A stretch of DNA of 64,000 nucleotides from the human T2T-CHM13v2.0 reference genome, Homo sapiens. A program made the translations under genes and the position numbers. Shown here piece by piece: positions 1 to 11,473 of this stretch. The DNA lies in NCBI RefSeq assembly GCF_009914755.1, contig NC_060929.1; one strand, written 5' to 3'. A model generated the notes under the pieces. The model ran no database searches. It was not told the DNA's origin and worked only from the letters and a program-made list of their open reading frames with translations. Position 1 is the stretch's first letter. The number at the start of each line of letters is the position of its first letter.

Positions 1-80
1 TTGTGTCTAGGAATATATCTACTTCCTCTAGTTATCCAATCTATTGATCTATAATTGTTCGTAGTAGTTTTATGATCCTT
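1..80 (-). mobile_element. Old L1 (L1M) ORF2 fragment, cut by window edge
   Basis: tgtgtctaggaatatatc...tctagttatccaat...tagtagt resembles antisense L1 ORF2 sequence. Confidence 0.55.
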
Positions 81-1039
81 AGAAGTAATTAGTTTTTTAA
101 AAAATGCCATCAGTTAAATAATAAATGGGAAAAAACTAAAGTGTATTTATATGTGTGTTATGCTTATATACCATTGTGGTAGGCAGGCATTCTTTCTGTA
201 TTATAACATGCTAGTGGTGTTTTCTTTACTTTTTAAATGGTGTGAGCAATAAATTCACCTAGCATATTCTTTCACCCAAATTAAAGTTCTTAGGTACCAA
301 TAAAGGTTATCCACACATTTGTCATGTATGGTTTTAAACACCTTGCCTCTCGTGAGTGAGATGGAGAATGAGAACAGTGGGGTCAAAAGTGATATTGGGC
401 TGATAAGAGCTAGTTTAGAAAGAACTCAACAAAAGCCTCTGAAGTGTGATCCAGACCAGCAGCTCTGTCCAGTGATTTTGCCAGCTAAGGCATTATATAA
501 AAACACACAGTGTGGAATAAACTTAGAAAACACAGCAGATTAAATATGCATGTTTATCTCTATCTCCTTCCCAAACAAAGGGGGGTGGCAGTTAAAAAAC
601 CATAAGAATTATGATATTTTGAAAGAAGACAAAGATACATCAATGAATATCTGAAACATAAAGAGTAGATGAACAAATGAATGGTAAATGACTTAGAAGA
701 GCAGTAGAAGCTGTTCTACTGCTCTCCAGAAGGGTCTGGAAAGGAGAATACTGATGAAAAGAAAGACAATCATTTCAGACAGAAATCTGAAAAAAACATA
801 AGGTTTAGAAGCACCAAGTATCATGGAAGATGCAATGAGGAGACAAGGTGGAAATTAGTAGAGCATCAGTCTATGATTCAGATCAGTTAGATCCACATGG
901 CTCTTCCTCCAGCCCATACAACTGGGCAGGAATTTTTCCCCCTAAAACTGAAAGGAGAACTAAGGTTTTCCTACAGAGAAGTTGATCCAGAAGGGGCAGG
1001 CATACCATGGAAATTGAAGGTGGACAAATGCCACTAAAC

Positions 1040-1111
1040 AGTAAAAATGTCTGCTCTTCTATTGGCTGAGTTCCTAGTAAAAATGTCTACTCTTCTATTG
1101 GCTGAGTTCCT
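1040..1111. repeat. 36-bp tandem duplication (2 copies, 1 mismatch)
   Basis: agtaaaaatgtct(g/a)ctcttctattggctgagttcct at 1040-1075 and 1076-1111. Confidence 0.95.
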
Positions 1112-1344
1112 TTAATGCTAGAAGCTAAACAGGAAAAAGACTAGAATATTATTTTCTGGGTAGTCCAAAGAACTCCTGAGAAAAAAGAAAAGAAAAAGAA
1201 AAAAATACCTTCCACCAAACAACTGGGGAGATGTCTACCTTAGTAAGCAGATACATTTGCCACCTGATCCGCCGGCAGTGAGTCCCAAGAGTTAATAAAC
1301 TGCATTCCCAAGTGCACCCTATCAAAGCAAGCCAGAAATGAATA

Positions 1345-1505
1345 GTAGTTAAAGTGATGAAAACAAATTTTACTCAGGAACTATTGCAACTGGGGAAAAG
1401 AGACCTCAGTATAGAACTTGGCTCAATTCTAAATTTATCATAGATAACTGATGACTTATAGTCAAGGAGCAGGGCAGGGGTCAGTGTATAAAAAATTATG
1501 AAGAG
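1345..1505 (-). mobile_element. ERV1 LTR fragment, MER31-like
   Basis: caggaactattgcaactggggaaaagagacctcagtatagaacttggctcaattc matches recalled MER31 antisense. Confidence 0.55.
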
Positions 1506-1509
1506 GGGA

Positions 1510-2190
1510 GAGGGGTAGAACAAGATGGAATAATAGAAGGCTCCACTGATAGTACCCTCTGCAAGGACACCAATTTAACAACTATCTACACAAACAAAGC
1601 ACCTTCATAAGAACCAAAAATCAGGTGAGCCATCACAGTAACTGGTTTTAACATCATATTGTTGAAAGAGGCACTGATAGTCTTGAATTGCCAATGCCAC
1701 CTTTCCTTCATCCCCAGCAGCATCTGGGTTGGTGCTGCAGAGAGAAAACCCGTGCACTAGTGATAAAGAGAGTGCAACAACTGTGAGACATTGCACTGAA
1801 TGCACTGCAGCCCTGTCACAGCAGAAAGCAAAACTCGGTTTCCCTCAGCTGATGCCCACCCACAGAAGGAGTATTTAAACCAGTCCTAGCCAGAGGAGAA
1901 TCGCCCATCCCAGTGGTCAGAACTTGATTTCTGGCAAGTCTTGCCAATTCAGGCTAAAGTGCTCCTGTCCTGCAAGAAATGTGAAAGAGGACTACTCCAA
2001 TTAGAAGGAAAGGATGTTAATGAGCAATAAGAAATCATCTGAAGGTACAAAACTCACTGTAATAGTAAGTACACAGAAAAACACAGGATATTAGAACACT
2101 GTAACTCTGGTTGGTAAACTACTGTCATCTTACATATAAAGGCTAAATGATTAACCAAACAAAAATAATAACTACAACATCTTTTCAAGA
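1510..2190 (+). mobile_element. Old L1 (L1M1/L1M2-type) 5'UTR joined to ORF1-end/spacer sequence
   Basis: caagatgg start, gaaggctccactgat...gcaccttcataagaaccaaaaatcaggtgagc; after ~1975 gcaataagaaatcatctgaaggtacaaaactcactg (ORF1 end/spacer). Confidence 0.6.
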
Positions 2191-2420
2191 CCTTCCCTTC
2201 CCTTCCCTTCCCTTCCCTTCCCTTCCCTTCCCCTCCCCTCCCGTCCCCTCCCCTCCCCTCCCCTCCCCTCCCCTCCCCTCCCTTCCCTTCCCTTCCCTTC
2301 CCTTCCCCTCCCTTCCCCTCCCCTCCCTTCCCTTCCCTTCCCTTCCCTTTCTCCCTCCCTCCCTCCCTTCCTCCCTCCCTTTCTTCCTTTTTCTTTCTTT
2401 TCTTCTCTTCTTCTCTCCTA
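2191..2420. repeat. (CCCTT)n/(CCCCT)n polypyrimidine low-complexity tract
   Basis: Directly visible pentamer repeats grading into CT-rich sequence. Confidence 0.97.
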
Positions 2421-3780
2421 CTTTGACAACCAAGACTCCAAGCACCTGGCTCAATTCCAGAAAAATGCCACATAATTTAAATCTGGATATATTTCCTACC
2501 TAAAATGTTAATTGACAAATGTAATGAGTTCACAATTTAAAGCTACAAATGGAATGATATACTTAGGCCTATGACAAGATTCTTTGTTGAAGCATGTATG
2601 TCTTAATTTGTTAGACTGTGATGCTTCTGCCATCCCTTAAATTTTAGAAACAGGCAGTTAACTCTTCAAGTAACAATGGCTACATCTGATCTGCCTTGAC
2701 TGGTTTCTGGACCATTTGGAGAGTATGGCCTAAGAATTGGGAAAAACATCTATTTTCTTCATTCTCTAACTATACTGTTTTTCTCATGACTTTAGATTTC
2801 CTGGCTACAAAACCCAGCAAGAGATTTTAAGGGGACAAAGAAGAAGATAAACTGTGTTAAATTGTATGTGATAGCATTGGAAATGGCTATTATTATTAAA
2901 TTTTCATCCAAGTGGATTTCTTTTAAAGTCCTTGAATAATTAAAGTAGGCACTTAAAAAATAATTGAACAATCTATACCATCATCTCTACATAATAAAAT
3001 AACATCTCATCTCAGAATAGGCTTGTCATGTTGTTCTATTTCAGAGATGACATTGAAGTACCTTAAGGATCTGCTTTTTAAGAAGCAATGATGGTTTGAA
3101 GGTGATGGTATTTGTTAGCAACGTGCTGGATCTTTAGGTTGGCCTAAATTGCTCAATACTCAGGGGATTCATTAGTTGACCAACGAAAGAAAGACAGATC
3201 ATTGTAGGTACTAATATAAATCTTAAGTTATAGCTCCAATGTAAAAAAGATAACTGTTTTACCTCATATAAGGAACAATTTTTTTTTGCTTTTTCTAGAG
3301 AACACATGATTTAGAAAAAACTCATGGTTGATTCAAACAACCACATCAAGTTTGTGGCTAATCCAAAATAATAAATAAAATTATAAGCCTCTCCTATCTA
3401 TATTCTTAACATTTTATATATTTTATGAAGAGATTTAAGTGTTCTACTTTCTAGAGCACTTTTATTGCCTAAAAAAATCTGCAAGTAAAGAAATATTCTT
3501 GGTGGTTAGGGAGACCTTGCCTGGTATTAAAAATTAGCATCTAAATTAGCCACCAAGTGGAAAATCCATAGGCAGATAATTGAGGATTAACAGTATTTCA
3601 AAATAATAAAGGAGAAATTCTAACATCTTGGGCCTTTAATGAATCAATTTGCAATCACTTTTGTGCTAAGATTTCTATAGCACAAAACAAAGTAATGAGT
3701 TTCTCCCTCATACAAATTGATAGCACATGTATATCCTTTCTTGGTGCCAATTCTGAGAAATGCAATAAGTAAACTGGTAG

Positions 3781-3825
3781 TATTAGGTTAGTGCAAAAGT
3801 AATTGCAGTTTTGCCATTACTTTTT
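3781..3825. mobile_element. MADE1 (Hsmar1-derived MITE), left arm
   Basis: tattaggttagtgcaaaagtaattgcagttttgccattactttt matches MADE1 TIR. Confidence 0.85.
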
Positions 3826-4135
3826 TAATTAATTAATTAATTAATAATAATTATTATTATTTTTTGAGACGAGTCTTTCTCTGTTGCCCAGGCTGGAGCG
3901 CAGGCTCCGCCTCCCAGGTTCACGCCATTCTCCTGCCTCAGCCTCCCGAGTACCTGGGACTAGCTGGGACTAGAGGCGCTCACCACCACGCCCCGCTAAT
4001 TTTTTTTTTGTATTTTTAATAGATACGGGGTTTCACCATGTTGGCCAGGATGGTCTTGATCTCCTGACCTCGTGATCTGCTGGCCTCGGCCTCCCAAAGT
4101 GTTGGGATCACAGGCGTGAGCCACCACACCCAGCC
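3826..4135 (-). mobile_element. Alu (AluY/Sc-like) with ~24-bp internal deletion
   Basis: Alu antisense with gttcacgccattctcc; TSD gccattacttttt at 3813-3825 and 4136-4148. Confidence 0.95.
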
Positions 4136-4979
4136 GCCATTACTTTTTATGGATAGAACCATTCATTTTCAAGCGTCCTCAGTACAGAGAAGGGCACATA
4201 GTGAAGCAGCCCACAGAGGTAACCCCATTAACTACCATTACACAATGACTTGGGTTCCCCTCCCCCATCCCCATCCTTCCATGTAAATTTATGAGAGGCC
4301 CCTTCCTCTTTTTAAATTTCAAACTAATCTACAAACCCTCAGGAAACCCATGAGAATTGTGGCTTGGGACAGTCACTACAACAGTTACTACTTGAGACCA
4401 TCATTACAACCGTTACTACTGTTACTACTTGAGACCATCGTTACGAGACTGAACAAAGGGATGAAGGTAGAAATGAAAACTTAAGACAAAGGAAACTGTT
4501 TTAAAGGAAGGGTCCAGGGGAAGAAGAGAGCTCCCTGCTTCTAGTGAGCAAAGGCAGCCCCTGAGCTTCCACAGCCCTTTGTATTTATTGGGTAGAAAGG
4601 GCAGGGAGGAGGAGGTAACTGGTAGGCTTCTTAATTGATAACAGGTTCATATTATTACTAACAGGCTTCAGATGTACCTAATCACAAGAAACACTGTGCT
4701 TGGGGTGTGACTGCCCTCTGCATTCCTACTGGGTGGCAGACACAGTTTGTCAGTTTGCCAACATTCTGCATTTATGAGAAACAGTTTGCTGTTTACTCAG
4801 ATAGCTTCCAATGGTATACTGAATTGATCATGACCCTCATTCTTTCAGCCTCTAACATTTCTCCCTTTTTGTTTTTGAATTAATTGAGAAAGGCAATTGA
4901 AAAATGTGCAGCCTTCAATTTGTACGGTACAGGTGGGTCCACTAAACGCCATGGGTTGTGACAGATAAATCTCTCTCCT

Positions 4980-5320
4980 AGTTGTACTTCCAAATCCCTG
5001 ATTCTCTCACTTCTCCTTTCATGAAGAAGGGTGCAATTTACAAGGAATAAGCAACAGTTGAGCAACATATTTTCCCAGTTCAAAAACCCAAAGATCTTGT
5101 GACATTACCACTACTACCTGAATTTCTCCTTCACAATCAAAATCAACAACTCCTGGGACTACAGTAATTCCCTGTAAATTGACTTTTACCCAGAATTAAT
5201 CCCATGTATCCTGTTGGCAAAGGTCCCCAAATACCAGTGGAAATCTTAGTGAGTGTGTCTCCTCCAACTAACGCAACCCGTTCTCTGACTGGGAGATCTA
5301 ATCCTGTGCTTCCAGGTGTT
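4980..5320 (-). pseudogene. Betaretroviral dUTPase remnant (frameshifted)
   Basis: Across frames: TPGSTGLDL, GLILGKS, PGVVD, AQLLL, GFGST correspond to dUTPase motifs 1-5. Confidence 0.85.
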
Positions 5321-6024
5321 CTGCAATCCGCATTTGCATTCTCAAAAGCTAGAGCCAAAGTCAAAGCTAGCATTTCTGCAGCCACAGAAGAAGACAGTAC
5401 AAGCCAATTTTCATCCTCCCTTTCCTGTTCACCACCCTCCAAAGGTGCTGTAGGTGGGGCAAAAAATTCCCTCAAACCCTGAAATAGTAACAAAAAGATG
5501 GTATGTACCAAACTCCAAACAAAAAAGAGAAAAGAAATAACAAAATTATTCCCCATGTTACCCTGATTCAAAAACTTCCCCTTCTTTGTATCTCTAGGGC
5601 ACTGACCAGTACCTTTTTAGAGCACTGAACTTATGTTGCTGCCAGCAGACTTGTAACGGGGTTTGTCATTCATCTGGTTGATTTTAGTTTTTTCTGTTCC
5701 AGCAAACCTTCCTCGTTCAAGTCCCTATAGGACCCTATCTGTCCCTGTCTGTCCCTGCAAGTTTCTGCTGGCTTCTGCTAGTCTCTACTAGTCTTTGCTA
5801 GTCTCTGCTAGTCTTTATCTATCCCTATCTGTCCGTATGGTCCCTGTTAGTTCCTGTGAATTCCTGCAAATCCCTGTCTTTCCCTACCTATCTCTATTTG
5901 TCTCTATCTCTATTTATCTCTACTTATTTCTATTTATCCCTACTTATCTCTGTTTATCCCTGTAGGCCTCTTCAGGTCCCTTCAGGTCTCTTCAGGTCTC
6001 TGTTTGTCCCTGATGTCCCTGTTT

Positions 6025-6042
6025 GTCCCTGTTCAGGCGCCA
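6025..6042 (-). other. Primer binding site, tRNA-Lys(UUU)
   Basis: Minus strand TGGCGCCTGAACAGGGAC, 17/18 to Lys3 PBS TGGCGCCCGAACAGGGAC, 2 nt from the LTR end. Confidence 0.9.
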
Positions 6043-6439
6043 CCTGTGGCTGTCTGCCACAAGTACTATTTGAGACCATCACTACGACAGTTACTACTTG
6101 AGACTGTCATTACAAGAGTTACTTCTGTTACTACTTGAGACCATCATTACAGCAGTTACTGCTGTTACTACTTGAGACCATCATTATGAGACTGAATGAA
6201 GGGATGAACATAGAAATGAAAACTTAAGACAAAAGAAACTGTTTTAAAGGAAGGGTCCAGGGGAAGGAAAAGAGAGTTCTCTGCTTCTAGTGAGCAAAGG
6301 CAGCCCCTGAGCTTTCATAGCCCTTTGTATTTATTGGGTAGCAAGAGCAAGGAGGAGGAGGTAACAATTGGTCAGCTGCTTAACTTATAACAGGCTCATA
6401 TTATTACTAAAGGGCTTCAGATTACACATGAATAATATC

Positions 6440-6565
6440 TGTACATAACCCCATCATAAATCCAGGCAAGTACTGAATGCATATCACTTTCACATCATCA
6501 TAAAATAGAGAAATCATAAGTTGAACCATCCTAAGCTGAACCATTGTAAGTTGGGAACAGTCTGT
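6440..6565. mobile_element. Tigger-family DNA transposon end (MER47/Tigger5-like)
   Basis: aatgcatatcactttcacatcatcataaaa...cataagttgaaccat...gtaagttgggaacagtctgta. Confidence 0.7.
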
Positions 6566-6593
6566 ACATTATCTCATTTGATTCTCACCACTT

Positions 6594-7157
6594 TGGGAGA
6601 GTGGGCAGAAAAAAGTTTACATAGCAGGCCTGATTGCTATCCTTAGAAAGGCTTTATTACAAGGTTTACCTTTGGCTGGCATCTAAAAACTTGAATTTCA
6701 GGCATGTCCTCACCATTCCCAGAATTAATAAGAATGCCTCAATGTGCCTCAACTATTTAGACAAATAATATGGTTTATGATGAATATCTTCTTAACCATC
6801 TAGGTGTCTAGAATTTGATACATGCCAGGTAGAGTATGCCTCCCTCATCAGTCCCTAATAAAAACTGGGTGCTGAGAATCTAATGAGCTTTTCTGGTTGG
6901 CAACATCTTATACATGTTGTCTCCATTTGTTGCTGAGAGGATTAAACATGTTCTATGTGACTCCACTGGGAAAGGACTCTTGGAAGCTTGCACCTGTCTT
7001 CTCCCAGACTTTGTTCATGTGCTTTTTTCCCCCTGATTTTTCTTTGTATTCTTTCACTGTAGTTAAATCTTAGCTGTGAATGTGACCATATGCTGAGTCC
7101 TGTGAGTCCCCCTAGCAAACTGTTGAACCTGAGGTTGGTCTTGAGGACACCAACACA
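6594..7157 (+). mobile_element. MER21-family LTR inserted in a MIR
   Basis: catagcaggcctgattgctatccttagaaagg...atgctgagtcctgtgagtccccctagcaaac...gaggacaccaacaca; MIR-like flanks. Confidence 0.75.
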
Positions 7158-7519
7158 AAGAGCAATTACTTTCATTATCCACATTTTACAGAAAAGAAAA
7201 CTGAAGTACAGAAAGGTTAGGGAGGTCCTAGTGTTTCCATCAAGGCTTCAAGGCTTTTATAGGCGTCAAGAATGATTCTGGAGAGACATGGTGCTTAACA
7301 CCTTAATCTTCCACTGCCTTTGAGATGTTTACAAAATGTAGTTTCCATAGATAGTCATGTTTTTCTGTCAATGACAATGTTCTTCCCATTTCCTGCTGCA
7401 ACTGTATATTTATACATAAAATATGTAAATATAAATTGTTTTTCTAGCCCTGTGATCCTGAAAAAATTCCCTTAATCTCCTAAAATCTGGAGCCCATGTT
7501 ATATGTTTCTGGCCCTCTG

Positions 7520-7870
7520 AACTAGGAGAAAATTTACTTCTTTTCTCTGGGCCTCAGTTCTCCTATCTGAAAAATGGGAATAATATGTTACCCTAACAGT
7601 ATAGAAATGGTACTTACTACTAGTAGTCATTGTAGTTTCTATAATACCCAGTATTTACTTTTATCTTCTAGTATAGAGTTTATTGTAGATTGTCAATAAA
7701 CATTTAAAAACAAAAACAAGTTTATTAGCATGGTACAAAAGAAAGTAATCAGGATTCTGGAATCAGAAGACTTAGATCCTATCCCCATACCTGTCGCTCC
7801 TGGTTCAAAAAATTTGGGCCAATTTCTTACCTTCTCTGTGTGCCAGCATCCTTGTTGCAAATAGGCCTGT
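7520..7870. mobile_element. MIR fragments
   Basis: ctctgggcctcagttctcctatctgaaaaatgggaataata; ggattctggaatcagaagactta. Confidence 0.6.
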
Positions 7871-9073
7871 GACATTTGCCTGGGTTCCATTTAAAGAGTA
7901 CATCAAAGAATCAGGTGCATATTTTCACAGCTCCTTGGTCTGAACTGGTACCCAGGATCAAGATGTCCCTCCCATGATTCTAATCTCCAGCCCCCTTACA
8001 CCATAGTCACTTCCAAACTCTGGATTTCTTAACATTGCAGTTTGCTTCCAAAAAAAAATTAAAAAAAAAACCTCATCTGGGCATTAGAAGTCATTCTGAA
8101 GAGGCTGTCCTATATCTCAGTGCAATTTCCTACTTATCCACTCCCGACTATACCCTGCTTTCATCAGATTGCAACTGACCTAATTTGTAAAGACTTCAGT
8201 GAAAAGAGCCTCATTAAAAGCCTTCATCTCTTTTGCAGCCTCTCTTTCCTCCCTCAAATGATCCAGGTCAGAATGGCCCAATAAAAATAGCTGGGAAAAT
8301 TACAAAGTCACTCAAGACTCTGCCAGGAGTAGAGATTTTAAGAATTAGTGACAGACATATACTGTCTAGGAGTAGGGTGGGAGTGGGTTGCATGGCTTAG
8401 GGACATAGAAAATGCCTGACAAAGTATAGCAATGGCTAACTACTATTCCACCCTCATCTCATGATAGGCTGGCCATGTTTTTCTGTTTCAGAGATGACAC
8501 TGCAGTGACTTAACACTTTGCCTTTTAAGATGCAATGTTGGTTTAAAGATGATGGTATCTGTTACCAAAGCGCTGGGTTGTTAGAGAGTTGATCTTTAGC
8601 TTGGTCTCAATTCCTCAATTCTCAGAGGATTTGTTAGCTGAGCAACAAAGGGCTTGACATAGATACTAAATAAGCAACCATAAGTAATAATAATTCATGA
8701 GTTTAAAGCTAAAAGGTTTTACTATGGATATCATCAAATATTTGGTCCCTTACCAGAACATATAATCATACAGAGTTAACATCTAGATTTTAAAATCTTA
8801 ATTTAAATAACTGTGTCACTTTTCTAGAAGCCATCACTCCTATATTAATTATCTAAAACATCATTAATAAGTTGAAAGTATATGAAATAGGAAGGCCTTT
8901 CAGTGATTAAAACATGTCATAAAATGTATTTACTAAAGCTGATGTACTTTACTTAAACGTTTCTCAAAGCCTCACTCAGAGACTATTTACTTCTGTTTTA
9001 AGAATGATTACAATCAACTTAGCTAAATCACTCTTCAGCTAATGGAAAACAAACAGCAAAGTGTAAAGAGGTG

Positions 9074-9456
9074 TGTATTAGTCTATTATCTTACTGCTAT
9101 GAAGAACTACTGGAGACTGGGTAATTTATGAAGAAAAGAGATTTAATTGACTCACAGTTACACAGGCTGTACAGGAAGCATGGTTGGGGAGACCTCAGGA
9201 AACTTACAATAGTGGCAGAAGGGCGAAGGGGAAGCAAGCACCTTCTTCACATGGCAGAGCAGCAGAAAGGGAATAAAGGGCAAAGTGCTACACACTTTGA
9301 AACAAACAGATCTCGTGAGAACTCACTATCATGAGAACAGCAAGGGGGAAGTCTGCCCCCATGATTCAATCACATCTGACAAGGCCCCTCCCCTAACACG
9401 TGGGGATTACAATTTGAGATAAGATTTGGGTGAGGACACAGAGCCAAATCATATCA
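9074..9456 (-). mobile_element. MSTA (MaLR) LTR
   Basis: tgtattagtc...gactgggtaatttatgaagaaaagag...gacacagagccaaatcatatca. Confidence 0.9.
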
Positions 9457-9900
9457 CCAAATGTTCATTGACAGAAGAATGGGTAAACAAAATGTGGTAT
9501 ATTCATATAATACTATATTATTCAGTCTTAAAAAATAAGAAAATTCTGATACATGATACAGTATAAATGAAAGCTCCAGACCCATGCAAAGTGAAATAAG
9601 CCAGTCACAAAAAACAAATATTACATGATTCAATTTATATGAGGTGCCTAGAGTAATCAAATTTATAGAGCCAGAAAGTAGAGTGATGGTTGCCAGGGTC
9701 TAGGAGAGGGAAGAATGAGGAGGAGTTAGTGTTTGATTGGTATAGAGTTTTAGTTGAGGAAGATGAAAAAATTCTTGAGATAGAGAGTGGTGATGTTTGC
9801 ATAATAATGTGAATGTACTTAATGCCACAGAATTGTATGCCTAAAATCGTTTAAAATGGTAAATTTTATGTTGTGTATATTTTACCTTGATAAAAAAAAC
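9457..9900 (+). mobile_element. L1MB3/4-like 3' end
   Basis: gtgaaataagccagtcacaaaa...aatgtacttaatgccacagaattgt...aaatggtaaattttatgttg plus A tail. Confidence 0.85.
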
Positions 9901-10083
9901 TGTAACACTCAAACACAAAAGCTTAAAAACATAGATGTATAGTTTAGTGAGTATAGTCATAAACAGCTGTGCACATACCAAAAGCGTCTTCAAAATATCT
10001 CTTTGTGATATACAGTTCAATATGCTAATAATAATTTTGCATTATAAAATTGATTAAATTGTATTGGTCCTTAGTACTCTGCT

Positions 10084-10089
10084 GAGAGG

Positions 10090-10126
<37 letters not shown>
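10084..10126. repeat. (GA)n microsatellite
   Basis: Directly visible. Confidence 0.95.
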
Positions 10127-11015
10127 TAGGCATAGACTTTAAAAACATTTATTTGAAATCATTGAAATTAATCACGGTATTACCTCAAAGAGGCAAATTC
10201 TATATTTTAGAAAAGAACCCTATAGGTTCATTACATATAAGTATTTGCCAATACTTGTCAAAACAACTAATACATCACCTAGAATATAGAAACTAATTAT
10301 TAAATGTTGGTTACATTTGTTACATTTTTAATGGAGAAAAGAATCTAGTAGAATTTATTTCTTTCATTTAATTTTCTATTAAAGCATTGTCTCAAAGTTT
10401 GGGAAAATGCATTTGTTATGATTATCAGTTGATATTATAATGAAACCAAACTGTTTTAGAGGGATACGAGCTGAAGCTTTTCTGTTCTGAATTTTGGTGA
10501 AAACCTTCCTTTCAATAGGAATAAAAATGATTTTTGCCCAAATATTAGCCAAGAAAAATGCCCTGAAAGCAATATACTGAGAAAGGTTCTAAACTCTTGA
10601 TAAAAAAGCAATCAAAATCAAAATGCCATCTCCTAGGGTCAAGGACCAATGAGTCACCCATTGAGAGGCTCTCTGAGCTCCAGGACACAGCAATGTCCTT
10701 TTGAGTATAACATCAGGATTTAAAGCTCCACTTGGGTACTTGTGCAGCTCTTGTAGCTGTAACAAAGTTGTTTTTTTTTTTTTTTTCATTTATAACATTT
10801 GCTTTTTTTCTCTTCTAATAAAAATTGGTATGATGACATTTTGCAGCCAGGGGTTGGGTACAGAGAAAAAACACAATTCAGGGTTTAAGGCATTAAGAAA
10901 ACTTTTTTTTTTTAATCTCACTCTTGTGGAAATTCAGTACTGTTTAGTTTGCTCCTTTACTTGTTTAAGGATTTAAGACAATGTCTAGGTCCATTGTTAA
11001 AAGTATAGCATAGTG

Positions 11016-11311
11016 GGCCAGGAGCAGTGGCTCACTCCTGTAATCCTAGCACTTTGGGAGGCCAAGGCAGGTGGATCACCTGAGGTCAGGATTTCAAGAC
11101 CAGCCTGGCCAACACGGTGAAACCCCGTCTCTACTAAAAATACAAAAATTAGCCAGGTGTGGTGGCGGGCACCTGTAGTCCCAGCTACTCAGGAGGCTGA
11201 GGCTTGAACCCGGGAGGTGGAGGTTGAAGTGAGCTGAGATCACACCACTGCACTCCAGCCTGCATGACAGAGCAAGACTCCATCTCAAAATAAATAAATA
11301 AACAAACAAAC
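11016..11311 (+). mobile_element. AluSx-like element
   Basis: Dimeric Alu with ~11-bp deletion (gaggc^ttgaaccc); TSD aaag(t)tatagcatagtg. Confidence 0.95.
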
Positions 11312-11473
11312 AAAGTTATAGCATAGTGGAAATATCAGTTGAAGCATTAAAGTATACTAACACTGTTTCTGAAAGGGGTCAAATTAGTATGCACTTAATG
11401 AGTTAGTCAGAAAAATACCTACCAAATTTATAATTGTCAATGGAGAGAGTCCTGAAGAAATAATGAAGACCTA

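Larger units (their letters stand above)
4358..6423 (-). mobile_element. Internally deleted HERV-K3 (HML-6) provirus with two LTR3-type LTRs
   Basis: 3' LTR 4358-4857 (TG...CA on minus); truncated 5' LTR 6045-6423; PBS at 6025-6042; PPT at 4858-4875; gag and dUTPase remnants. Confidence 0.85.

Noticed and set aside
480-1330. Possible very old L1 5' region
   Set aside because: Resemblance too weak to call without a profile search
2054-2503. GREGK / PSLPF repeat ORFs
   Set aside because: Translation artefacts of the (CCCTT)n tract
6063-6190. Regularly spaced repeats (gttactacttgagacc) that look CRISPR-like
   Set aside because: The spacers are short and similar to each other, the array is part of the LTR3 U5 and recurs in the other LTR, and there are no cas genes in this primate DNA
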